DNA of 64,000 nucleotides from Cyanophora paradoxa CCMP329 (Eukaryota > Plantae > Glaucophyta): contig QPMI01000675.1 of NCBI GenBank assembly GCA_004431415.1, positions 47,541 through 111,540 on the forward strand. The letters are read 5' to 3'. The notes under the pieces are model-generated. The model was given only the letters and a program-made list of their open reading frames with translations, had not been told where the DNA came from and did not search any database. This document shows, in pieces, positions 38,622 through 50,076 of this stretch. The stretch's first letter is position 1. The number at the start of each line of letters is the position of its first letter. The position numbers and the translations under genes are program-made.

Positions 38622-40571
38622 ATGGCGCGCTCAGCGAAGCGGAGGCGTCTTGAGGTCCGTCGCATGCACATGCGACCTGCCGCTGCCTCCCGCCGCGCGC
38701 GCGCCGAGCGATGACAATTCGCTGCAGGAGAGCGTGAAGGGCAACATGAAACGAGTCGAATCGAGCATCAGTGACCTCTCGGACGAGCTGCTCGCGCACA
38801 TCTTCTCGTTCATTTCGCTGGAGGAGGCGTGGCCCCTTCGCCGGTGCGCATTCGAGTGTCTCGCACGACAAGCACATGCAAAGCAGTCTGAGTTGCCCGC
38901 GCAGCGTGTGCAAGGCGTGGAGGAAGGTCATCCAGGTCTCCTTGTTCGTCCACTGGAATTCACGGTTGACGTTGTCGTCGCCCTTCCGAAAACCATCGCA
39001 CTTGTCGCAACTGGCGGCATTGCTCAGAAAAAGCTCGTCGGTTCAGCTCAGCAACGTCGCTCTCTCGTTCATCACCCTCAAGCGCTCGCAGGCGGACGCG
39101 TTCGGCCTGTGGGGCAATGCGGTCGGCGTGCTCTCGGCGATCGCCAGCCAGCACGCCGGCCGCGGGCCCACGAATGTCTCGCTAGATTACTCTTTGAACC
39201 GTTTCGAGGAAAACTTCTCAAACGAATCCCTCGCTTCAGCTGCCGAGTCCTTCGTCCTCGCCCCACTCGCGGCGCTCAAGCCGTCGAGCCGGACCGGATC
39301 CGACGCTCCGGCCGCCCTCGAGGAGCTGTCTCTGTTCGTGGAAATTCTTGGGCAGCCAGAGAACGAGCAACCTCTCCATCAGGAGATTGCCGACACCACG
39401 CTACGCACGGCCCTCGCCCCCTTCTCCAACCTCCAGAGCCTGGAGCTGCGTGCGTGCGGGGCGCGGGAGCGCGGGGCTGGCCTTCCGCCGCCTGACGCGC
39501 GCGCGCGCAGCGACCGGCTGGTTCTTGCTCGGAGGGGCTCAGGCGGCCGTGCTGGCGGAGTGCTGCCCGCGCCTCACGAAGCTCACGATGACCGCGTATG
39601 AGGCTGCAGCAGTCGCGAGCCTGGCGCCCCTGCCCCTGGAGGAGTTGATGCTCTCCGGGCATCCTTTCGACATCGACATTGGGGGCTCGCTCACCGCCCT
39701 CGCCGCGGGCGCGGCGGGCAGGACCCTGGAGCGTCTCAGCGGCCAGTGGTCCGACGTCCCAGCACCATGCCTTAGCCCGCGCACCGTCTTCTGATTCGAT
39801 GCGCAGCTACGAGATCAACGGGGACGACCTCCGCGCCTTGGCTCGCCTCCCGGAGCTCCGTGACTTCAAGAGCTTCCATGTCCGCCGTTCGTCCTCTGCC
39901 GGCCGCCGCTGCAGCTAACGCCCCGCAGGTCAACGACGACGTCTCCCGGGAGGACGTGGCGGCTCTGGGGGCGGCCCCCAAGCTCCGGGATCTCTCTCTC
40001 CTCTTCGAGAGCCAGGGCGAAGCGGCGCCGTTCCTCTACGGCCTCGCTGACGCCGTGCGGGCCTCCCGCTCCCTTAAAGAGCTCTCCCTCGAACTCCACG
40101 GTCCGTCAAGCCGTTTCTTCTAACCTTTCTCCGGCCTTGAGCCCGCCGCGCGCAGCGGCGAACGGTACGGACCCAGCGGCCCTCGCGGACTTCGTCGGCG
40201 CCTCCGCCGGAATTCTGCAGAGTATCATATACGGCGTCAAGCGCGCGCTCACAGCGGAGGAGGTTGCGGCGCTGGCGGCCTGTACCCGTGTGCATGGCTT
40301 CGTCACGTGCGCACTTGACGGCATCGCAGACCTCTTCGCACTCCAGGTCCGCGCGGCCGGCCGGCTCTTTCCGCGCGGCGCGCCGGCATCGAACGTTGAA
40401 CCCGCAGGGCCTCCGCGGCACTCGCAATCGGATTGAAGTGTCCATGTTAACCGGCGACCCCCTCCTTCGCGGCGTTGCCAACGGCGTCATCAGCACCTGG
40501 CTCAACTCCCGAGGTTACACTTTCATAACCATTCGCTGACCATCTTTGATGACGACGATGAGGATGATTGA
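38622..40571 (+). CDS. F-box/LRR-like protein, paralog E
   Basis: MARSAKRRRL; ISDLSDELLAHIFSFISLEEAWPLRR/VCKAWRKVI. Stop is at 40539, or at 40571 after a probable 1-nt indel, which would give an acidic DDDDEDD tail. Confidence 0.75.
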
Positions 40572-40785
40572 TCTGTGATCATGATGTCTTGTAATTAACC
40601 AGAGTGTTGAAAGATACCCGCTAGGACTCTTTGACCTTTCTCGCCCCGCCCCCTCCTAGCCCGCTGGCGCCCGCGGCCGGATTTTGCAAGTTAGCGTTGC
40701 ATTCGAGAACATTGATAGTACAGCTATTTACAGCGGCGGGGCGCGGGGGCCGGCGGCGGGCGCCGCCGGCCGCCGGCGTAGCGGG

Positions 40786-42867
40786 TCAGGGGGCGTCGGG
40801 GGCGTCGCCGGGGCCCGCCTCGAGGGAGGCGAGGAGGCGCGCCCCGAGGGGGCCCCGCAGCAGCGGCCCCAGCGGCCGGCTCAGCGCGCTCACCAGGTCC
40901 ACGCAGTACCCCGCCCCCCGCTTCTCCGCCCCCAGCGCGCACTTCACCTGCCCCCGCCCCCACGCGGGTTGTCAGGGCCAGGGGGCGGCGGGGTACGGGG
41001 GCGGGGCGCGCCTGGTAGGTGGAGGGCCCGAGGTTGGCGGCCGCGCACCCGCCGCGGATCGCGAGCTCGATCAGCGCGTAGTACAGGTTGAAGTACGCCT
41101 GCGCCGAAGGGGGGTACGCGCTCGGTCCGCGGCCGGGGACGGGGGGGAGGGGTACGGCGCACGCGGGTCTCGGGCCCCACGCTGTAGTCGATGCCGACGG
41201 TCTTCAGGAACATGGTACCCTGCGCGGGGCAATGGGAAGGGGAGGGGCGAGGGGGGCAGGGCCGGCGGGGTACGGGGCGCGGGGCGCGCACGCCGCAGCG
41301 GAAGACGAGAGCGAAGGCGGCCATGCGACCCGGCACGCCGCCCGCCGCCCCGCCCCCGCCGCGAGCGCCGCCCCGGCGTCGCCCCGGGCTCCGGCCCCGC
41401 GCCCGAAGCGGCCGGGGCGCACGGGGCGGACGAGCCGGAAGCCGGGGGCGGGCGGGGCGCTCGGGGGCGCGGGCGGCGCGCTTGGCGGCCTTGGCGGCGC
41501 GCACCGCCTCCCGCTCCCGCACCTTCGCCGCCTTCTCCTCCTCCGTCAGCGCCCCCCGCGCCCCGCCGCCCGAACCCGCCCCCGCCGCCGCCGCTGTGGC
41601 GCCGGCGGGCTTCTCCGTCCTCGCGCCGCGCTCGCCCTCCGGGGCCCGCGGCTCATGGGCCGGGGCAGGGGACGGGGCCGGGTCGTGGAGGGGGAAGGGT
41701 CGGCGGGGCGGGCGGGGGGCAGGCGGGCGACGAGGAGGAAGCGGGCGTGGCGGGGTACGCGGGCGGCGACCTCGCGGAAGAGGGCGGCCGTCTGGGGTAC
41801 GGGCACCGCGTGCTCCGGCCCGTGCCGCGCCGCCGTCGCCCCGTACAGCGCCTCCATCTCCTCCGCGTACCCCTCGAAGTCCTCCGCCACCTGGTGGGGG
41901 GGGGAGAAGTCAGAGGGGGGGGGGGGGGGGGGGGGGGGGGGGTACGGGGCGGGCCTCGACGTGGCCGCCGGCGGCGAGGAAGGCCTTGATGTTGCGGCGG
42001 AGGGCGGAGCGGGCGTTGCGGGAGAGGCGCGCCTCGAACTCGGCCCAGGAGCGCAGCCCGGCGAGCGGCAGGTGCGTGTTGGAGAGGAAGGGGACGCGGG
42101 GGAGGGGCGCGGGGAGGCCCCAGTCGTCGCCCCCCGCCGTCTTGAACGCCACCACCGACGGCCGCAGCCGGGCGCGGGCGGCGGCGAGCGTGAGGCGCGC
42201 CATCTCCGCGCGGCGGGCGGCGGGGAGGCCCGGCGGGGCCATCAGGCCCGGCAGGTTGAAGAGGGGCACTTCGACGAAGGCGACGTCGGCGCGCGTCGCG
42301 CCCCGCAGCCCGACCGCGTCTAGGGCCGCCTGCACCCAGGCCGGCAGCCCCGCGTACTGCCCCAGGTTCAGCTCCCGCACCACGTGCACCTGCGCGCGCG
42401 CGCCGCCGCTCAGACCTGGTCCACGACAACGGCGGCGGCGGCGGCGGCGTCGGCGGCAGCGGCGGCGGCGCAGCGCTCTGGCGGCGCCGCACGAACCAAA
42501 GCCACGCCGGCGACGGCGCGCGTGGCGACTTCGCGCAGCGCTACGAAGAGGACCTCGACGCCGGCGGCCGCGTTCGCCGCATGCACCGCCTCACCGAAGT
42601 CCAACGAGGTCGGGCCGAACTCCGTCGCTGCCACCTGCCGCCCTCGGTTCAACGTACGCACATAGCTCGCGCGCGCTCGCGGCGCACCAGGCGCTTGCAT
42701 TCCTCCTTCAGCTCCGGAGGCAGCGCCCCTGGATACAGCTCGCTGTACAGCGGCCCGAGCTGTGCGAGGTCCAGCGCCGGCGCAGGTGCGGGCTTGGCGG
42801 GCGACTCCGCCCGGCTCTCTGAGCTCGCGCTGTGGCCGCTGAGCGCATGCGGCAGGTCGTGCGGCAT
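40786..42867 (-). CDS. Bacterial-type GNAT-fold protein (Acetyltransf_6/FemAB-like, BioF2-like acetyltransferase)
   Basis: SWAEFEARLSRNARSALRRNIKAF, EEMEALYGATAARHG, FLKTVGIDY and YFNLYYALIELAIRGG...LGPSTYQVKCALGA match this GNAT family; introns present. Confidence 0.75.
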
Positions 42868-43223
42868 CGCGGGTTCGCTGCGCTAGATGGTGGTGGAGCT
42901 CGTTCGGCGCCTAAGTCCGGACTGAGGGGCCCCATGGGGCTTTGAACTTGAAGTTTGAAGCGCGGGGATTCTCGCATCGCATCGGTGGTGAGGGGTACGT
43001 GTTACACAGGACCGGTCGAAATACGCATCGGAATCCGAGCAAGGTTCTCCCACCGAACCGAATTTGAATCGGATCGACATGGCGGGAAACAGCAGATCAG
43101 CTGCTAAAGCGCTTGCTAACTTTTCAAAATCTAAAGCGCTAGCGCGAGCACGAGCAGCAGCAGCAAAGCCCGCCCCGCCCCGCGGTTCGCGCGCACCTCT
43201 GCGGGCGCAACCAAAACACAGCA

Positions 43224-45274
43224 ATGACCGCAAGCGGTTCGGCCGAGCAGTCCGCTCCCGTCTCCTTCCGGCCCGTCGCAGCAGCTGCAGGGCTCGAGCC
43301 ATCGCTCCCGCTCTTGAAAGGACAAATTAGCAGCAGCAGCAATAGCTACAACACGGTCCAGAGCTGGAGTATAGATGAGGCCGCCGCGCCCGCGCTGGCC
43401 GAGCCTAAGCTGCGGCGGCCCGAGACCCGCGCGCGAGCCGAGACCTTGGATTCGGTCGCATCGGACGCGCTGTGCAGCTCCGCGCACAGCTCAGCGGGCA
43501 GCGACAAGGCTGCAGCTCCCGACGTCGAGATCGACGGTGCCGCGGTGCGCGCGCTGGGCTCCCATGCGCCGTGGCGGGAAATCGATATTGAAAGCTTAAG
43601 CTCGCGCCTTGCCTCGCCGGGCCGGCAATGGTCCCCCGCTGACGCCGCGGGCCGGGCGGCAGGTGATCCGCGTGGACACGCCGGAGCCGGAGGAAGTCGC
43701 GCGGCCGCCGCTCGTCACCGCCTTCGGGCACCACCTCCTCCGCCCCCTCGTCCTCTTCTTCTCCTGGCTCAACCTCTTCCCAGTCTGTGCGCTCCGCGCG
43801 CCGGCCGGCCCCGGGCCCCCCGCCCCCGCCCCCGCCCCGCGCCGAGCTCATGCCCGCGGCGGCCGCAGTCTACCGCACCTCGCGGATCAGCATCGTCGGG
43901 TTCGGCGTCTTCAGCGGCGCCGCCTGCCTCCTCGGCGTCCCCTTCTTCTTCTTCTTCCTCCGCAACAAGGGTCCGACCCCGGGCCGGGCTCCCCGCGGCG
44001 CCCGCCCCGGCGCCGCCCGAGCGCGCCGCGCGCAGGCTTCGCGATGTCGGGCTGGGAGATGTACCTGCCCGTGTACCTGAGCGTCGCGAACTGGTTCGGG
44101 GCGCGCCTCTTCCACCTCCTCTCCCTCGGCCGCGCCAAGTTCTTCTCCAACCCCCGCAAGTGCGGCCCCGCCCGCCCGCCCGCCCGCCCCGCCCCGCCCC
44201 GCGCCGCGCCGACTCTGCCCGCAGGTACCTGCTGGAGACGGGCTTCTACGTGCAGGGCGGCATCACCGGCATCATCGTCGCCATCTCCGTCTACTCCGCC
44301 TTCTCCCCCGTCCCCGTCTTCGGTCCGCCCCGCCCGCCAGCACACCCCGCCCCGGCCCGGCCCCCGCCCACGCCCCGGCCCGGCAGTGATGTTCGACGCG
44401 GCTGCGTTCGCCGGCCTCCTCATCCTCTTCATCGGCCGCCTCGGCTGCTACAAGTGCGCCCCCACGCCCGCCCGCCCGGGGGCGGCGGCCCCGCCCCGGC
44501 CGCGGCTGACCCCGGCGCAGCTACGGCTGCTGCTACGGGCGCCCGACGGAGGTCTCGTGGGGCGTGAGCTACACGAACACGGACTGCGCGGTGCTGCGGG
44601 GCAAGCCGCACCTGCGGGGCGTCCGCCTGCACGCCACGCAGCTCTACACCGCCTACGCCGACCTCGCGGCCTTCTGCGTGGCGGCCGCCCTCGTCGGGCG
44701 CGTCCCCGACGGCTTCCTCGGCTGCTCCTTCGTCCTCTTCCACGGGGGCCTCCGCATGTTCATGGAGAAGCGCGCCCCCGCCCCCCCGGCCCCTCCGGAC
44801 CCTCCCCCCGCCCCGACGCGCCCAAGCTGACGTACCCCCGCAGCTTCCGGGACGACGTCACCTTCGCGGAAGGCAAGAATTATTTCACGCAATACGTCGC
44901 GGTGCGCCGGTACCCCCCTCGCGCCCCCCCCGCGCATCGCCTGACCGTGCCCCCCCCCCCCCCCCCCCCACCCCCCCACCCCCACACCCACACCCAACCC
45001 CCAGACCGCGTACTTCGGGACGGGGGTCGTGGGGACGCTGGCGCTGGTGGGCTCGGGCTTCTTCGCGCGGGCGCCCATCCCGGCGGCCTCGACGGTCGCC
45101 GGCTTCCTGCCCTGGCTCGCCGCCGAGCCGCGCTTCGCCGGCGTGGCGGCCCTCACGGGCCTCCTCATGTTCCTGGGGTACGGCATCCACTCCTCCACCC
45201 TCGGCTCCTTCGTCGCCCGCCGGCCCAAGGCCCCCGCCGCCCCCGAGGGGCCCGCCCCCGCCCAGTCCGCGTGA
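43224..45274 (+). CDS. lgt: Lgt-like (prolipoprotein diacylglyceryl transferase family) polytopic membrane protein
   Basis: Spliced: GARLFHLL..ETGFYVQGG..MFDAAAFAGLLILFIGRLGCYNYGCCYGRPT..WGVSY..LHATQLY..HGGLRMFMENFRDD; 8 introns; ~105-aa Ser/Ala-rich N-terminal extension. Confidence 0.8.
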
Positions 45275-45608
45275 TCGCCGTGTATTCTACTCAGCCTCTA
45301 TTCAGCATGTAAAGAGTCTTGAAGCTTCATGTACATTAGTCTACGACATTTAAATTTTGGCTGCCAGGCTGCGAGCTCGAGTTATAATAAACGTTCTAAA
45401 TCTTGCGCATGCCGCATGCGCAGTTCGCACGGCACAAAGGTAACTCCGGATCCCGGCCTCCCCCACTGGCCATGCCATGGCCCAGTGGGGCCATGACAGT
45501 GATTGATTCATGATCATGGTCACCTCCCCCCTCCGGATCCCCCCCGGCCCCGGCCCTCCCCTCTCTTCACCCCCGCCCCCTCCAAGGCTCTAGATCTCTT
45601 CAAGCTTT

Positions 45609-46440
45609 CCTTCGAATTCCGTTTACAGCTAATCCGAATTCCGCCTTCGCCTTCGAATTCCGTTTACAAGATATTGAAGCTGGCGGGAACTATAATCACT
45701 AAGTTATAAGGATCCGGATTTGAAGCTTCAAGGCTTCAGGCTCGAGCTTATATTTACAAGAACGTTATATGCATGATCATGATCTTCATGATCCGACGGT
45801 CCCTACTAGGGCTACCAGAGTGCTACGCATAGTGAATAAAGTCCGTGTAATAGCGGGCCTAACGCGGCTGTACGCTAAGAATCGTCGGCGCCGGCGCGGC
45901 GCGGCGCGAACCTCGCGCGGGGCCCTTGGAGTCCGGCGGGCGACCTAGGGTTGGAAAAGTTCGAGCCGGGATCGGCACTAACCATTTTATAAATCTCTAT
46001 GCATCCTCTATTAATATTAGGGGTTTTCGCGGGGTCTCGGATCTGTATTGGATATATATACGTATACGTAGGGACTGTGTGCAGTGTAAGTGCAACAAAC
46101 CTTTAAAAAAAAAGGATCCGGAGCAGGATTCAAAGGCGATGGCAAAAGAGCGGCAGGACTAAATCTCAGACTGTCCGCATACCTAAACGTAACAGGCCGC
46201 AGAAGCATCGACGCATGCGCACGTGCACCGTGGCACTGTATCTATATATAGCTAGCACTAGCTATAGGAACAGATATATAGATGGATCTAGAGGCAGCGA
46301 GATAGTGTTTATATAACTGACATGTACACACAGAGTTTATAAAAAAAACAGTGTACTTGCAGAGAGGGAGCTGTACTATATATATATATAACAGAAGAAG
46401 GGCCGGGTAAAAAAACAGTGTACTTGCAGAGAGGGAGCTC
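45609..46440. repeat. Short direct repeats in an AT-rich intergenic region
   Basis: ccttcgaattccgtttaca twice (~45609, ~45650); aaaaaaacagtgtacttgcagagagggagct twice (~46342, ~46409). Confidence 0.6.
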
Positions 46441-46946
46441 GAGGGATAAACCGACGAGGTTGCAGCGAATTATTTTGGGATCAGGCAAAAGCGACGCATG
46501 CGCACTACCAGAAAACGGGCGATCAGAGGGATGAGCTAGATAATCAATTGCAAGGGGGGCGGTCTGTAAATTCCGATCCAGAGGGGGTGGCCATGGGCCA
46601 GGCAATTGCAAATTAAAACTATCGATAGGTAGGATAAACTCGCGGAACACTACCCGCAGCGGCGTCACCTAGCGTCACCTACTGTTTACGTTGGAGGCAG
46701 GAGCACTATATATAGCTAGCTAGGGTGTGTGATAGAAGTAGCTATTGTATACTTGGGCTTTAATTTGTCCCTTAATACACCACGGATTACGCAAAAAAGA
46801 ACCCTCACGATAACAGAGCCCATATGCCCCAACCTCACTAGTCTGAACCAATTAATGCAAGACCCGCGCTCTTGATCTAGATCTAGATCTCTCGATTAGC
46901 ATGTACATGTAGGACTGCACTAGTACTGCCTTGTTAGCATCCAGTC

Positions 46947-47239
46947 TGTCGCGTGCGAGATTAGTGTGTCTAATCGTGCGCGCGAGAAGCCCGTGCGGAG
47001 TGCAAGCTCGGCAGGGCGGGGTTTGGCGAGTGCTGCTGCTGTTAGCCACCGTGATGGTAGACTGAGGGTGTACCCGTCCAACTACGGCGTACCCCGACAC
47101 ACGCATACAAATGACCGCGGCGCTCTAACTAGCCTAGGCGCCGTCGGCCTAGCAGCACGAAGGCTGCTTCGTGCTGCATACATCATCTAGAGCCCTAGCG
47201 GCTCACAATCGAGCATCCACTGTAAAGTCGGATGCGACA
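46947..47239 (-). repeat. 3' LTR
   Basis: Direct repeat of 63557-63849 with TG...CA ends. Confidence 0.97.
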
Positions 47240-47251
47240 ACTCCTCCTCTC
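47240..47251 (-). promoter_or_regulatory. Polypurine tract
   Basis: Minus-strand GAGAGGAGGAGT directly abuts the 3' LTR. Confidence 0.85.
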
Positions 47252-47380
47252 GGATCCCGCGTCCGCGCGGGTCTACGCCCGAAGGCGAACAGAGAGAGGG
47301 CCGGGGAAGCCAGGAATTTGATCGAGCCTGAGCTCTCTATACAACGCGACCCCGGCCGCTATACACAAACGCTCGGAGCT

Positions 47381-47508
47381 ACCGGCTACTGCCGGGAATC
47401 GAAAAAGGCTCCGAGCCACTCACGGTCGGCGTCACCGGCTACTGCCGGGAATCGAAAAGACGCCGAGCCCGTCTACGTCCGGCGACTGCCGGGAATCGAA
47501 AAAGGCTG
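47381..47508. repeat. Three ~25-bp direct repeats (ccggc(t/g)actgccgggaatcgaaaa) in the element's 3' untranslated region
   Basis: Copies start at ~47381, ~47434 and ~47479. Confidence 0.85.
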
Positions 47509-48464
47509 TCGCCCGGCGGGTGCCGGTACGACTCCAGCGTGTAGTGCCCAGGGGGCAAGGTCCAACTTCGGGCCGGCGGCCCAGGCAAACCCGCACGAGG
47601 CGAGCGGTACGGAGACAGAAGCCGAGGGGGGCCCTGCCCTCATCGCGCAGCACGTTAGCCGCAAGAGCGCACGCTGCAACAGCAACGCGGGGCGTAGCGT
47701 CGCGATGGCGCTCGATAGCCCACAGCAATATGCCCGTCCCAGCGCTTAGGGATATGCAGCCCGTCGTGCGACGCTGCCTAGGCACAAGCCGCGCTCCCAC
47801 AGCAATTGCACGGCATCGAATCGGGGGACCCCGACGGCGGTGGAGCTAGGGATCTCCAGGGCGAGGCTAGGCGCCGCCCACAGGGCTCAAACCACCGTCA
47901 CTCGTGACGGCAGGTGCCCTGCCCGACCCGTGCATGCACGTCCATTGCGAGGGGGACGTGACCCTCCCAGGCGAACTGCCACCGAGCGTCCCCGGTGCAG
48001 AGCCCTGAATGGGGGAATTTTTGCGTCCCCAGTCGTCGTACCCGGAGTGGGATCCGGCGTAACGACCGCCTGCGTGTACCCCCACCGGCGCAAGGCGCGC
48101 CCTGGTACACCGCCAGGTCTTACACGGAGGGGAATGGACATCCCCTGTCGCTGTACCCGAGGCAGAACTCGGCGTCACAGCCGCCTACCGACCCTTCTGC
48201 AGACGCGAGGCGCGTCCTAGGGCTCGGCTAGGTCTTCGGAGGGCCCCAGCCCTGTCACCGTGCCGAGCTGTGCTCAAGGCCACCGGCCGCCCGCGGCTCA
48301 TCCAATTTGCCCGGGTCTTTACAAGGGACTCGCACCCTGTCACCGCGCCGAGCTGTGCTCAAGGCTGACGGCCGCCCGCAGCCTCTTCTCTCGGCTCGGG
48401 GCTTTCGCGTTGTGCGCGGGGCTCTGAGGCCCGTCGATCCAGCCCGCCTCGGGCGATCTCTTGC

Positions 48465-50076
48465 TCAGCGCTGCCAAGGGGCTAGCGCAGCCGCTCTCAT
48501 GTCCTTGCCCTCGCGTGGGGTCGGGACGCGGCTCGGAGCCGGCTTTCCCTTAAGCCGCTCCCGCCGGAGCCGCCGGCGCTGCGGCCGCGGCAGCCGGCCC
48601 ACCCGCCGCCTTGGGCCGCCTCGGGCCGGCCGTGCAGGCGCGTTCGCGTCTCGCACGCGGAACGGGATCATGCAGTCGATATGCACGATCGTCTCACGGG
48701 TGTCGCGCGCCTTCTGGCGGCCGGCGCCCACCGCGCCGTAGGGCCGCGCAAGGCCACGTACGACGTACGTGTACCCGCCCGGGTGCACGCTCATGACGGT
48801 GAAAGGGCCGACCCAGGAGTTGAACAACCCCTTGTCACGGTCGCCCAGCCAGCACAGGACTTTGTCGCCCACGCCGAAGCGGCGGCGGTCCGGCAGGTCA
48901 CCCGTCCGGTGCACCATTTGGCGGCGGTACCAGCGGCGGTACTCGCGCACTGCAGCCTCGCGGCTCTTCGCGGAACGCACTACGATTGACACGTAGTCGG
49001 CGTAGCTAAGGGTGTCGAGCATCTCGACCCCGAAGCGCACGTCCGCGGGCAGCGTGAGCTCGTGCCCCAGGTGCAGGAGCGCGGGCGAGTAGCCCGTGGC
49101 CGCGTGCACGGTCGTGCGGAGCGCCAGCTGCACCTCGTGCACGTGCTGGTCCCACTCGTGCATCGGCTCGCGCTCGGCGCGGCACGCCGCGTGGAGCAGC
49201 GTCTTCACGACGCCCCCCAGCCGCTCTACCAGCCCATTCGTCGAATGGTGGTACGCAGCGGCGTAAATGAAACGAGTCCCGAGCTTCCGGAAGTACTCGT
49301 TGAACGGGCCGCCCTTCAGGCTGGACCCGTTGTCCATGAGGAGGCGCAGCGGCACGCCCTCATTCGAGACGAAGTCTCGGCCCATTTCGAGCATGGACCA
49401 GCCGTCCAGGTCGGCTTTCGGGTACAGCCGCGTGTACTTGTCCCACGCGTTCACCCAGGCAACCAAATACCGGTTGCCGCGCGGCGTCGGGTCAAGGTGG
49501 AACACGTCCACCTGCCACAAGTCATTCCGGCCCTCGGCCTCGATGACTGCGATCGCGGTTCGCCGCGGCTTCACAGCCTTGGCGAACTGGCAGCAATGGC
49601 AGCTCCGCACGTAGCGAGCGACTGCCGCAAGCATGCCCGGCCACCAGAACCTCAGCAGGATCCGGCGGGCGACGATCGAGGCGCCGCGGTGGCCCCACCC
49701 ATCGTGGTACGCGTACAGGACGCGGTCCTGCCAGGACTCAGGCAGGACGGGCACGAAGCGCCCGTGGGCGCGGCCGGGCGGCGGACGAGCACGCCGTCTG
49801 TGTCCACGTCAAATTTCTGGCGAATTTGACGAAGGCCGCCTTGGCCTGACTGCAGAGGTAGCAGTCGCCCGTCTGGCAGGAGGCGCGCGTGCAGCGCGCC
49901 TCGTTCACGCCGTTCTCGTGCCAGGAGAACAGCTTGCGGCACAGCGAGTCCGCCTTCTGCGCAGCGAGCAGCCGGACTCGCCGCGCGGGGAACATGTGGC
50001 GCAGGGCCTCGGGCAGGGGCCCGTCAAGGGAAGGCGGCGGCGCGCAATCCCAGGTGTCCTGGACCAGCTCCAGCAA
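48465..50076 (-). CDS. Retrotransposon integrase (HHCC, DDE core, GPF motif)
   Basis: YHDGWGHRG...CHCC, WQVD, MDNGS, NGLVER and WVGPF motifs; frameshift near 49760-49800. Confidence 0.92.

Noticed and set aside
45780-46860. Non-autonomous DNA transposon or Helitron in the AT-rich spacer
   Set aside because: No convincing terminal inverted repeats, TSD or terminal hairpin could be identified by eye.
47135-47148. Tf1-type self-priming through LTR sequence GGCGCCT pairing with the PBS start
   Set aside because: Only ~7 bp and palindromic; the tRNA T-loop match is much longer. Disfavoured but not fully excluded.
47381-47508. CRISPR-like repeat-spacer pattern
   Set aside because: Only three copies, with uneven and partly similar spacers, no cas genes, and located inside a eukaryotic retrotransposon.
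47252-48464. env-like ORF after integrase
   Set aside because: No convincing same-strand ORF, signal peptide or TM segment; the region contains only short repeats (also ~48250 and ~48335).
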